Origin: Alphaproteobacteria bacterium GWF2_58_20
Lineage (GTDB): Bacteria; Pseudomonadota; Alphaproteobacteria; UBA1247
Reading direction: 5' to 3'
DNA: 64,000 bases
NCBI GenBank assembly: GCA_001768735.1
Contig: MEMB01000007.1
Location: 106,386-170,385 of the forward strand
Position numbers and translations under genes: made by a program. Below are positions 25,578 through 34,348 of this stretch, one piece after another (position 1 is the first letter of the stretch; every line of letters begins with the position of its first letter). Under the pieces are notes generated by a model. It worked only from the letters and a program-made list of their open reading frames with translations. It did not search any database and was not told the origin of the DNA.

Positions 25578-26863
25578 TTGATCAGATGCCAGAGATGGGA
25601 GGCCCGGAGGGCGGTCCCGAGGATTTTGAGGGAATCGCCCCCCCGGTGTCGCAGGGGTTTGTTGCCCGCCAGAATCTTTCCGAAGCCTGGAAAACGCGTC
25701 CGATGTTCCGGCTTTTGGTCATCGTGATGCCGGTTGTCGCTGTGGCGGCCATCGCCATGGGGATGTTCGGCGGCAATAACGATGTGTCTGCACCTTTGCC
25801 AACACAAGGCTTGCGGACATCGGATATTTCGCTCAATCCGGCCATTCCGACAACGCCTGAGGTGAAGCAATCGGTTGAGCAATATGACGCCCAGAAAATC
25901 GACCAGGCCCTGGCAACAGGAACCAGTGCGATTGCCACGCCGATGCGTTCAGACCAGATGGGAAATTCCTCAATCATGGTTGAGGATTCTGCCGCTGATC
26001 CGTTGGCGGAATGGCGCGGAGCTTCGGACATGTCGGTTGATTACATGACCCAGACCATGATTGAAGACCAGCGTTCTGCCCGTCCACAGCAGGTGGATAC
26101 CGAGGCGCAACAGCGCCGCCAGCAGGAAAATGACCGTTTGTCGCAGGCCATGCAGGCACAGATGAATGCTCTGCTGTCGGCCTGGGTGCCCAAGGGCGCC
26201 AAGGTGACAATGGTTGAGGACATGAAAAAGGCCGAGGATGCTGCGGCCGCTGCGGCAGCCGCACAGCAGCAGGCGTCTGCGGCTCCGGCCACCATTGATT
26301 CCAGCAAGCTCAACACGCTGGCCATGGCGGGGGATGTGGTTTATGCGCAGATCCTGACCCAAGCCAATTCCGATGTTCCGGGTCCTGTTCTTGCCCATAT
26401 CCTGACGGGAAAGTTCAAAGGCGCACGGGTTCTCGGCAATTTTGAATACACGGAGGAATACCTTGTGGTGCGCTTTACCACAGCCGTCCTTGGAAACCGG
26501 GAATACAAGATCGAGGCGGTGGCCCTGGATCCCGACACGACACTGACGGGTGTTGCGACGGATGTGGACAATCATTACTTCAAGCGGATTGTCCTGCCGG
26601 CCGCAGGCGCTTTCATCAGCGGGTTTGCCAGTGCACGCGCACAGACGACAACCACCAGCACCACGACATCTGGTGGCCAGGTTGTGCAGGATACAGCCAA
26701 AGCCACGGATGAAGAACAGGTTTACAAGGGAATTGAAAGTGCCGCCGACAAGGTCCAGGAAGTTCTGGACAAGGCGGGAGATGTGCGTCCCACGGTTGTC
26801 CTGGCGGCCAATACGCCGGTGGGCATCCTGTTCATGCAGTCTGTCCGGGAGATCATGAAATGA
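25574..26863 (+). CDS. dotG: DotG/IcmE (TraO)-family T4BSS core protein with a VirB10/TrbI-like C-terminal domain
   Basis: N-terminal TM segment FRLLVIVMPVVAVAAIAMGMF. C-terminal domain GDVVYAQILTQANSDVPGPVLAHILTGKFKGARVLGNF......LVVRFT.......EYKIEAVALDPDT...GVATDVDNHYF.R. It has ATGA overlaps on both sides. Confidence 0.8.
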   Translation: MIDQMPEMGGPEGGPEDFEGIAPPVSQGFVARQNLSEAWKTRPMFRLLVIVMPVVAVAAIAMGMFGGNNDVSAPLPTQGLRTSDISLNPAIPTTPEVKQSVEQYDAQKIDQALATGTSAIATPMRSDQMGNSSIMVEDSAADPLAEWRGASDMSVDYMTQTMIEDQRSARPQQVDTEAQQRRQQENDRLSQAMQAQMNALLSAWVPKGAKVTMVEDMKKAEDAAAAAAAAQQQASAAPATIDSSKLNTLAMAGDVVYAQILTQANSDVPGPVLAHILTGKFKGARVLGNFEYTEEYLVVRFTTAVLGNREYKIEAVALDPDTTLTGVATDVDNHYFKRIVLPAAGAFISGFASARAQTTTTSTTTSGGQVVQDTAKATDEEQVYKGIESAADKVQEVLDKAGDVRPTVVLAANTPVGILFMQSVREIMK

Positions 26864-27888
26864 TCAAGGAAACGGAATACACAGGGGGCGCGCCCCTTTC
26901 TGATGACATGGAAGACGATGGGATGGCCGGAGAGGCCCGTCCTGTGCTTTCAGATGAAACCCTTGATTCCCTGCCGGAAGAAGGCGAAGGGCTTCAGGTT
27001 CCGCCTCCGGATGAGGACGAGGAAGATTTTGGAACAGCGGAGCCGGTGGTGAAATCCAGCCGCATGCTGCCCCTTATGGTTGGGGGTGGTTTCCTGGTTT
27101 TTGCCATGGCAATGGCCTATTTCCAGTTCCGTCCCAAAGCGGTTGAGGAAACAGCTTTTGTCCCGATGGACATGTCGGCCGAGATGCCGATGGCCCTGCC
27201 GGAAGTGGTGGTGCCCGGATCCATGGAGAATGATTTCCCGAAACCGTTTGAGGTTTCGCAGATGGGGATGGGAGATGCCGGGATCCCGGCGATTTTGTCC
27301 GAGCCGCAGGGTCTGGACGCAAAAGCGCCTGTTGTGGCCATGGCCGCATTTCCTGCTCCGGTGGACAATGTAAAGCCCATGACCATTGATCAGACGCCTG
27401 TCAGGGAAGAGGAATCCCTGTCGGACGCCGTGGAAGGCAAGGTTGTTGTTCTGGAAGCGCAGATAAAGGCGCTTGAAGCCCGTCTGACAGAGATGTCCGC
27501 TTTGCAGGCGCAGATTCGCAATCTTGAAAGGAAGCTGATGGACATGTCGGTTTCTGAAACCGCACCCGCGCCCATGGTTTCGTCCATGCCGGTTGCCAAG
27601 GTTGTGGAAACGCCGAAGGCGGAACCTGCCAAGGCCATGCCCGTTGCAAAAGCGGAGCCTGCGGTAAAGCCCGTGTCCGCCCCTCCGGCAAAAAAAGTGG
27701 TGAAAGCCCCGAAATGGGAACTGCGCTCGGTTGCAGGGGATGCTGCCTGGGTTGGCGAGGCCGGGAAAGCGGATGTCAAGCGCGTAATCGTTGGTGACAC
27801 CCTTGAAGGTCTTGGGAAAATCACGGCCATTCACAAGGTGGACGGGGGTTGGGTGGTTGAAGGCAGCAGGGGAACTCTTAAACCGTAA
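26860..27888 (+). CDS. dotF: DotF/IcmG (TraP)-like T4BSS protein
   Basis: Acidic N-terminus, a single TM segment (MLPLMVGGGFLVFAMAMAYF) and a coiled-coil (LEAQIKALEARLTEMSALQAQIRNLERKL). The C-terminal beta-domain reads WELRSV.GDAAWV......DVKRVIVGDTLEGLGKITAI. It occupies the conserved position after dotG. Confidence 0.6.
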   Translation: MIKETEYTGGAPLSDDMEDDGMAGEARPVLSDETLDSLPEEGEGLQVPPPDEDEEDFGTAEPVVKSSRMLPLMVGGGFLVFAMAMAYFQFRPKAVEETAFVPMDMSAEMPMALPEVVVPGSMENDFPKPFEVSQMGMGDAGIPAILSEPQGLDAKAPVVAMAAFPAPVDNVKPMTIDQTPVREEESLSDAVEGKVVVLEAQIKALEARLTEMSALQAQIRNLERKLMDMSVSETAPAPMVSSMPVAKVVETPKAEPAKAMPVAKAEPAVKPVSAPPAKKVVKAPKWELRSVAGDAAWVGEAGKADVKRVIVGDTLEGLGKITAIHKVDGGWVVEGSRGTLKP

Positions 27889-28053
27889 GGGTTTCAGGAT
27901 GGAGGATCATCCAAAACGCCTTTTTTACTTGACGTTTTTGCTTTGGTTGCACATATTCGCGCCAAAGGAATGTTTCGCTTGGAAAGATTGAACCAGAATA
28001 TGCCGGGGAAGGGACATCATCACATTCTTGCGCAGCCTGAGATCGGGCTGCGC

Positions 28054-28956
28054 ATGTTTTCGTGCGCCTTTTTCCTGTTGGCTGTCCTTCTGGCGCTGCC
28101 ATCCCCGGCCTATGCGCTGGATGTTGGGGGCATCATTTCCAATGCTGGAAACCTTGCAATTTCTTCGCCTGTTCGTATTTTCATTCACGTTGTCGCTTAT
28201 GTCGTTGGGGCCTCCCTCATTTTTCTTGGCATGTTCAAGCTGGTCAAATATGTGGATGACCCGGCGCGCAACCATCCGGTTGAGCCATGGATGTACCTCA
28301 TTTCCGGTACGCTGCTCATTTTCTTTGTCTGGTTTGTTTACCAGCGGTTGGTTCCCACCCTGTTTTCGGGGGATCTTAAAGGGGTTGGTTCTGGCGGCGG
28401 CATGGCCGGTGGATCGGGCGAGGGGCTGGATGCCCGTTTCATCAGTTTTGTGTCGAATGTTGATGGTCCCCTGCGGGCGGCCATTACAGCCATTTGCTGG
28501 CTGATTGGCGTGATCATGGCGTTTAATGGCGTGGTGCGCCTCACCAAGGTTTCGCAGAAAGGGCCCAAGGGCCCTGCGGGTGCTGGTACGCTGATGACCT
28601 TCATTGTGGCTGCCATCATGCTCAGCCTCGGCAACATGATGGAAGCCGTGAGCTTCAGCGTTCTCGGCGGCGTGGATTTCAGCACCAGTTATGAGCTGGT
28701 CGCCATTCCCAAGGCGCTTGGAAAGCATGGCGAAGCGGCGAAGAATGCCTTCCAGGCCGCGCTGGTTTTTGTCCAGCTCATCGGCTGGATTGCTTTTGCG
28801 CGCGGATGGCTGCTCATCCGCGACATTGTGGACGGAACATCGAAATCCTCGATGTTGTCGGGCTTTACCCATGTCATTGGGGGTGCGCTGGCGGCCAATA
28901 TTGGCAGCGTGCTCAAGGCCCTTCAGGCAACATTGGGCATCACCATCATCTCGTAA
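28054..28956 (+). CDS. DotE/IcmC (TraQ)-like polytopic inner-membrane protein, enlarged (about 300 aa)
   Basis: Signal-like N-terminus MFSCAFFLLAVLLALPSPAYA. Three successive TM-hairpin modules each resemble IcmD. It occupies the position between dotF and icmD. The start is uncertain (in-frame starts at 27943 and 28000). Confidence 0.5.
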   Translation: MFSCAFFLLAVLLALPSPAYALDVGGIISNAGNLAISSPVRIFIHVVAYVVGASLIFLGMFKLVKYVDDPARNHPVEPWMYLISGTLLIFFVWFVYQRLVPTLFSGDLKGVGSGGGMAGGSGEGLDARFISFVSNVDGPLRAAITAICWLIGVIMAFNGVVRLTKVSQKGPKGPAGAGTLMTFIVAAIMLSLGNMMEAVSFSVLGGVDFSTSYELVAIPKALGKHGEAAKNAFQAALVFVQLIGWIAFARGWLLIRDIVDGTSKSSMLSGFTHVIGGALAANIGSVLKALQATLGITIIS

Positions 28957-28994
28957 AAAAGATGATGTTTTTTATCTCAAGGTAACCAGAATTA

Positions 28995-29375
28995 ATGGAG
29001 TTGAACATGAACAAGCTGAATGAAAAGTTTTACGGCATCCTGGCGGCCGGTTCCGCCACGGTTTTCACCAGCAAGTCGGCTTCCGCCGCCACGATTGGTG
29101 ACATCATTGAAAGCCTGACGGACAGCTTCCGTCCGGCGGCCACCCTCATTTCCGTGGTCTGCTATCTGGGCGGCGCCGCGCTGGTGGCGCAGGGCCTGCT
29201 GAAGCTGAAGAACCACATTGATCAGCCGGAGAAGGCGCCGCTGAAGGATGCTCTTGGCCGCCTCATCGTGGGTGCGGGCCTCATTGCCATCCCCTTCATC
29301 GTCGAGGCTGTGCTGGAAAGCATGGGCGGTACTCAGGGCGGTAACGTCACCGGTGGCGATGGTTTCGGCCTTTAA
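28995..29375 (+). CDS. icmD: IcmD/DotP (TraR)-like small T4BSS membrane protein
   Basis: Signal/TM segment ...GILAAGSATVFTSKSASA, then ATLISVVCYLGGAALVAQGLLKLKNH...LIVGAGLIAIPFIV. Size and position are as expected. Confidence 0.65.
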   Translation: MELNMNKLNEKFYGILAAGSATVFTSKSASAATIGDIIESLTDSFRPAATLISVVCYLGGAALVAQGLLKLKNHIDQPEKAPLKDALGRLIVGAGLIAIPFIVEAVLESMGGTQGGNVTGGDGFGL

Positions 29376-29394
29376 TCAAAGAAGCTGATACCTG

Positions 29395-30093
29395 ATGTCT
29401 CTCTTTCCGGTTGTTTTGGGTGTGCGCCGTGAGGTGAAGGGAAAGCCCGGTGAAGCTTTCCCCGCCTCTGGCCTTGACGCCTCCAGTCCCGAGCTGCGTG
29501 CCCGGGTGCTGGAGCGTGATGGAAACACATGCCAGTTTTGCGGATTTACGTCGAAAAAATACCAGAATCTGGTATTCCGCAATGGCAATGCCCTGGATAC
29601 CCGGATGGAAAATCTCGCGACGGCCTGCATTTTCTGTCACCAGTGTTTCTTTCTGGAAACGGTGGCGGGCATGCGGTCGGGCGTTCTTGTCTGGTTGCCG
29701 GAAATGGATGCGGCGGCGCTTCACCACGTTTGCCGCGCCATTTATATTGCCCGGATCAGCCAGGGGCCGGTGGCCGATGCCGCCCGCATTGCCCTTGATG
29801 CGCTGATTTCGCGGCGTGATGAGGCGCGCAAGCGCCTTGGCACGGACGATCCGGCCATTCTGGCTGGTGTCCTGCAGGATTTCCTGGAGGACAAGGATTA
29901 TGCGATGCGCAGTCGCAAGCTGGACGGTATCCGGCTTTTGCCGCTGGATCGGCGCATCATCCGTGACGGGGACATGGAGTTCAACCAGTTTCCCCAAATT
30001 CTTGCTTACTGGCGTTCCAAGGATGGGCCATTTGGCGGCGTGCCGCCGGCCGGATGGGAACAGCTTTTTGATCAGGTTTCATCCCTGGCCTGA
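29395..30093 (+). CDS. icmJ: IcmJ/DotN (TraT)-like zinc-binding T4BSS protein
   Basis: Four-Cys motif RVLERDGNTCQFCGF......LVFRNGNALDTRMENLATACIFCHQC. It lies immediately upstream of dotO, as in Dot/Icm and IncI loci. Confidence 0.65.
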   Translation: MSLFPVVLGVRREVKGKPGEAFPASGLDASSPELRARVLERDGNTCQFCGFTSKKYQNLVFRNGNALDTRMENLATACIFCHQCFFLETVAGMRSGVLVWLPEMDAAALHHVCRAIYIARISQGPVADAARIALDALISRRDEARKRLGTDDPAILAGVLQDFLEDKDYAMRSRKLDGIRLLPLDRRIIRDGDMEFNQFPQILAYWRSKDGPFGGVPPAGWEQLFDQVSSLA

Positions 30094-30153
30094 TTGCTGG
30101 GGAGAAGGCCCGCATGTGCGGTAGGTTGAAGGAAAAAGAGGGAGAGGATTTTT

Positions 30154-33138
30154 ATGGCCAGGTTGATTGATGATATCCTCGGGTCCTTTTTTGCTGCCAT
30201 GCATCAGCCGGTCGAATCCTATGTCCGTCTTGAAACGGCGGATGACAGCCAGACCCTTGTTGCGGGAGATGGCTCGCTCCTGACCATTCTCAAGATCCAT
30301 GGGGCCCGCCAGATCATTGGCGACGAGGAATATCGCTTTATTGTGGAGCAGGCTTCGGTGAAGCTGGGGGCACGGTTTGACCGCCCCGGCCATGCCATGC
30401 AGGTGTATTTCAGCCGCGATCCTGAACGCATGGTCAGGGAAATCGGCGACATGGTGCGGCCCAGCGAACTGACGTCGCGGGCCATTGGGCTTGATCTTGC
30501 CGACCTCTTCGAGGAGCGCCGTCGCAACCTGTCGCGCTACCTCGCGTGGGAGGATATTTATTTCGTCCTGTGGACCCGCCCCGTGGCCATGACGGATGTG
30601 GAACGCAAGAATGAGGAACAGAAGCGCCGTGCCCGTCCATGGGTGGTGGCGCCCACCGCCCAGTACCCCTTTGCGGCGCTTGAATCGCTGCGGAGCCGGC
30701 ACGGCAGTTATGTCTCCTCCATTGCGAGCTCTCTTGAGGAAATCGGTATCCAGTCCAGTGTTGTTGAAGTGCATGAGGCCCTTTCTGCCGTCCGCACCAG
30801 CATCTATCCCAATCTGGCCAATGATCGCTGGCGTCCCTGCCTGCCGGGCGATCCGATACCTGTGCGCGCGCTACAGAGCAGAAGTGACCTGTCCGATGTG
30901 CTGTGGCCTGCCCTGCGCCGCCAGTTGTGTGTGGGGGATGCCGAGGTCAAGACCCAGAATTCCGTGCGAATCGGCAACCAGATCTGGTCGGGCGTGGACA
31001 TGACTCTGGCTCCCATGGAACCCAGCCCGTTTCCGGTGTTTCTGGGCCGGTTGGTGGAAGCCGGAATTCCGTTCCGCATTTCCTTCCTGATTGAGGCGGG
31101 GGGCGCTTCGGCTCTCGGGTTCAAGAAGGCTGTTGCCTCCATTTTGGGCTTCAGCAATGACGTGAACAAGCAGATCAAGGATTCGCTGGAAGGGATTGAA
31201 GCCCTGGCCCGTGATGAAGCCGTGGTCAAGTTGCGGATTTCCATGGCGACATGGGCGCCTCCGGACCAGCCAAAACTTCTGGAGGAACGCACATCCATGC
31301 TGGTGCAGGCCTTTGAAGGCTGGGGCTATTGCCAGGTATCACAGATTGCGGGCGACCCGCTGGATTGCGTGATGTCTTCGGCGCTCGGCATTGCCTGTGC
31401 CTCCACGGCACCTGCGGCCATTGCGCCTTTTTACGATGTTCTCAAGCTGTTGCCGTGGCAGCGGGCATCCAGCCCGTTTGACAAGGGATCGGTTCTCCTG
31501 CGCTCGCCGGACGGACGTGTGTGGCCCTATCAAACCGGGACGAATCTTACCACCACCTGGTTCGACCTGATTTTCGCCCAGCCGGGTGCAGGCAAGTCGG
31601 TGCTGATGAATGCGCTGAACCTTGGCACCTGCCTTACGCCAGGGCTTTCCCAGTTGCCTTATGTGGCCATTATCGACATTGGTCCGTCATCTGCGGGGCT
31701 TGTGTCCCTTCTCAAGGATGCCATGCCGCCGGAACGCCGCCATGAAGTGGCGCATTACCGTCTGCGCATGACGCCGGAATATGCCATCAACCCGTTTGAT
31801 ACCCAGCTGGGGTCGCGCTATCCACTGCCCGATGAGCGTTCCTATCTTGTGGAACTCCTCACCCTGTTGTGTACGCCGCCAGGACAGCCGGTGCCTTATG
31901 ATGGCATTCCCCAGCTCTGCGGGCTGGTGGTGGATGAAATGTTCCGCTGGCGGGATGATGTGACCGCAAATGCCGAGGCGCATCCCTACCTGCAGCGGAT
32001 TGATGAAGAAGTGGACAAGGCCATTTCCGACCGCAATATTCACCTGCCGACGGAAGCGACATGGTGGGATGTGGTGGATGGCCTGTTTGAGGCCGGGGAT
32101 ACGCATGCGGCCATGCTGGCGCAGCGTTATGCGGTTCCGACATTGACCGATGCCGTGACGGCTTCGCGTCGGCCGCAGATCCGGGCGCTTCTGGAAGAGA
32201 CCAAGATCAGCGCCGGTGCGGAAAGCGTCATTGGCGCGTTTGAGCGCATGATTGCCTCCAGCATTCGTGAGTTTGCGCTGCTGGCCTCCGTCACCAAGTT
32301 TGATATTGGTGATGCCCGCGTGTGTGCGCTCGACCTTGGCGAAGTGGCTCCGCAGGGGGATGAAACATCGGATCGCCAGACGGCCATCCTCTACATGCTG
32401 GCGCGCCATGCGCTGGTGCGGCATTGGTGGCTGGGCGAAGATGCCCTCAAAAACCTCAATCCGAAATACCGCGAACATCATGAACTCCGCCTGCGATCAA
32501 TCCGCGAATCGCCCAAGCGCCTGTGTTATGATGAGTTCCATCGCACCAGCAAATCGCGCTCGGTGCGCGCCCAGGTGGTGCGTGACGTGCGCGAAGGCCG
32601 CAAGTGGGGCGTGCAAATTGTTCTTGCCTCGCAGCTGCTGGAAGATTTTGACGACAACATGATTGACCTTGCCACAGGCGTGTGGATTCTGGGTGCGGCC
32701 ATTTCCGAGCGTTCGGTGGATCAGGCCGCCAAGCGGTTTGGCCTGTCCGACACGGCACGCTGGTACATGCGTTATCGCCTTACCGGGCCGCGTTCCAGCG
32801 GGGCGCCTGCGCTCATGGTGCTGGGCACCAATGAGGGGCGTTATGAGCAGTTCCTCATCAACACCCTTGGCCCCATCGAGCTGTGGGCGCTTTCGACATC
32901 CTCCGAGGATGTTTCCATCCGGACACGCGTTTACCATCGTTTGGGCGCCAAGCTGGGGCGTGAAATCCTGGCCACCAACTATCCGGGGGGCAGTGCGCGC
33001 AGTGAAATTCGCCGTCGCGTCACCCAGCTTTCTGAAAAGGGTGAAGTGGAAAGCGCCGCCACGTCGGTGGTGATCGAGGATATTGTGAACGAGCTGGTGC
33101 AAGCGGCGGTGGCCGCGCAGAGATTGCAGTTGTCCTGA
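30154..33138 (+). CDS. dotO: DotO/IcmB (TraU) T4BSS VirB4-class ATPase
   Basis: 994 aa. Walker A in IFAQPGAGKSVLMNAL. Walker B-like region in LCYDEFHRTS...GRKWGVQIVLASQ. Size and position are typical of DotO. Confidence 0.85.
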   Translation: MARLIDDILGSFFAAMHQPVESYVRLETADDSQTLVAGDGSLLTILKIHGARQIIGDEEYRFIVEQASVKLGARFDRPGHAMQVYFSRDPERMVREIGDMVRPSELTSRAIGLDLADLFEERRRNLSRYLAWEDIYFVLWTRPVAMTDVERKNEEQKRRARPWVVAPTAQYPFAALESLRSRHGSYVSSIASSLEEIGIQSSVVEVHEALSAVRTSIYPNLANDRWRPCLPGDPIPVRALQSRSDLSDVLWPALRRQLCVGDAEVKTQNSVRIGNQIWSGVDMTLAPMEPSPFPVFLGRLVEAGIPFRISFLIEAGGASALGFKKAVASILGFSNDVNKQIKDSLEGIEALARDEAVVKLRISMATWAPPDQPKLLEERTSMLVQAFEGWGYCQVSQIAGDPLDCVMSSALGIACASTAPAAIAPFYDVLKLLPWQRASSPFDKGSVLLRSPDGRVWPYQTGTNLTTTWFDLIFAQPGAGKSVLMNALNLGTCLTPGLSQLPYVAIIDIGPSSAGLVSLLKDAMPPERRHEVAHYRLRMTPEYAINPFDTQLGSRYPLPDERSYLVELLTLLCTPPGQPVPYDGIPQLCGLVVDEMFRWRDDVTANAEAHPYLQRIDEEVDKAISDRNIHLPTEATWWDVVDGLFEAGDTHAAMLAQRYAVPTLTDAVTASRRPQIRALLEETKISAGAESVIGAFERMIASSIREFALLASVTKFDIGDARVCALDLGEVAPQGDETSDRQTAILYMLARHALVRHWWLGEDALKNLNPKYREHHELRLRSIRESPKRLCYDEFHRTSKSRSVRAQVVRDVREGRKWGVQIVLASQLLEDFDDNMIDLATGVWILGAAISERSVDQAAKRFGLSDTARWYMRYRLTGPRSSGAPALMVLGTNEGRYEQFLINTLGPIELWALSTSSEDVSIRTRVYHRLGAKLGREILATNYPGGSARSEIRRRVTQLSEKGEVESAATSVVIEDIVNELVQAAVAAQRLQLS

Positions 33139-33161
33139 TTTGCAAGGTTCCGGAAACCATG

Positions 33162-33195
33162 AAAAAAGCCCCTTCTTCACGGAAGGGGCTTTTTG
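33162..33195. terminator. Rho-independent terminator between dotO (+) and the ankyrin gene (-)
   Basis: An A6 run, then hairpin gccccttc-ttcacg-gaaggggc, then a T5 run. Confidence 0.75.
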
Positions 33196-33320
33196 CTGGA
33201 AGGGCTTATGTGGGGATCAGTCTTGTTCGATTTTTTTGGCACCATCGGGGGCCGCGGCACGGCTGTCATCCAACAGGGGGAATAGGTTGTGGTTCCAGGG
33301 ATATTTCCCGGCTTTCCAAG

Positions 33321-34331
33321 TCAGGGAGCGGGTTTTGGCGCGGGCAGGGCGGGAGTCGGATGTTTACCATGGCGCGGCAGGCGTACAGGCAAGCCGGCGG
33401 CTTTCTGATTCATGGCGTAGGCCAGGGATTGTTGGAGTCTGGTTGCACGCGTCCGGGTTTTCGGGTGGTTTTGGGCGTGTTTGTGCAGTTTTTTCTGGGC
33501 CAGGTACACGGTTTTTTTCCACGTCTCATCCGTTGTGGTGGCGGCAACCTGTTCCAGGATGATGTTGCAAATATCCAAGCGTGCTTCTGTCGGTTTCTGC
33601 ATATAGTGACGCATGGCAAGATGGAAGGTGCCTTCATTGGTGGCGGCACCATGCCCGGTCAGAAACGCGGCATGTTCGGCATCTCCATCCCGGATGGTGT
33701 AATTCAGGAGGGGAATGTCGCCAACCAATGTGTTGTCGCAAATGTTTGGGTTCAAACCGTTTTCAATCAGGATGCGGGCGATTTTCTTGTTTTTAATAAT
33801 GACTTTTGTGTTCTCTGACGTGCGATAAAAATTATATGTCGATTGCACGCCTTCTGAATGGATCAAACGTTCGATTTCAAAGCTGTCTTCAGCTTGAATG
33901 GCGGAGGCAAGCTTGGTTTGCTGGTTGCACAGTCTGCCCAGGAAGGCGAGATTCGTGATGCAGGTGATGAGCAGAACCCATGGCGCTGTTGAGAGGGTGG
34001 CAAGGCTTGCGGCCCCCATGGCCCAAAATCCGCACCAGGCCAAGTTGCGGGTCTTGGTCAGGTAGGCGTGGCCCTTCCATGTTGTCCGCGCCGTGTCCTG
34101 GGCCTGTGTGCGCTTGATATCTTCCTGCTGGATGAAACTTTGCAAGACCTGTGCCGCATGGGTTTTTTCATCGGTTTCGGAATCCACATTGTAAAGCCAT
34201 GCCTGTTTTTTCAGGGTTTGGCCGTGCATCTCGAAGCTTTTGCGCGCGACAATTTCCTGGTCTGGCAGGAGATCTTCCTCATATGGTTCAGCCGGAATAT
34301 GTGACGGATGCCTGAATTGGGTTTCTGTCAT
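33321..34331 (-). CDS. Membrane-hairpin ankyrin-repeat protein, paralogue 1 (candidate T4BSS effector)
   Basis: Two adjacent TM helices (LAWCGFWAMGAASLATL / PWVLLITCITNLAFLG) are followed by ANK-like repeats (ILIENGLNPN..D......PLLNYTIRDGDAEHAAFLTGHGAATN). The C-terminal tail reads LPVRLPRHGKHPTPALPAPKPAP. The internal stretch is visibly A/T-rich. Confidence 0.6.
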   Translation of the reverse strand: MTETQFRHPSHIPAEPYEEDLLPDQEIVARKSFEMHGQTLKKQAWLYNVDSETDEKTHAAQVLQSFIQQEDIKRTQAQDTARTTWKGHAYLTKTRNLAWCGFWAMGAASLATLSTAPWVLLITCITNLAFLGRLCNQQTKLASAIQAEDSFEIERLIHSEGVQSTYNFYRTSENTKVIIKNKKIARILIENGLNPNICDNTLVGDIPLLNYTIRDGDAEHAAFLTGHGAATNEGTFHLAMRHYMQKPTEARLDICNIILEQVAATTTDETWKKTVYLAQKKLHKHAQNHPKTRTRATRLQQSLAYAMNQKAAGLPVRLPRHGKHPTPALPAPKPAP

Positions 34332-34348
34332 GGGAATCCCTTATCTTC

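Noticed and set aside
26230-26290. GCN-rich stretch (gctgcggccgctgcggcagccgcacagcagcag) that looks like a DNA repeat
   Set aside because: It simply encodes the poly-Ala/Gln linker (AAAAAAAAQQQASAAPA) of DotG. It is not a tandem-repeat element or a CRISPR-like structure.
3435-33138. Interpretation of the T4BSS as an IncI-type conjugative transfer system
   Set aside because: I do not adopt this as the primary call. No relaxase, nikA/B-like genes, oriT or thin-pilus genes are visible in the window, while ankyrin- and deamidase-type cargo candidates are adjacent. It cannot be excluded without the rest of the genome.
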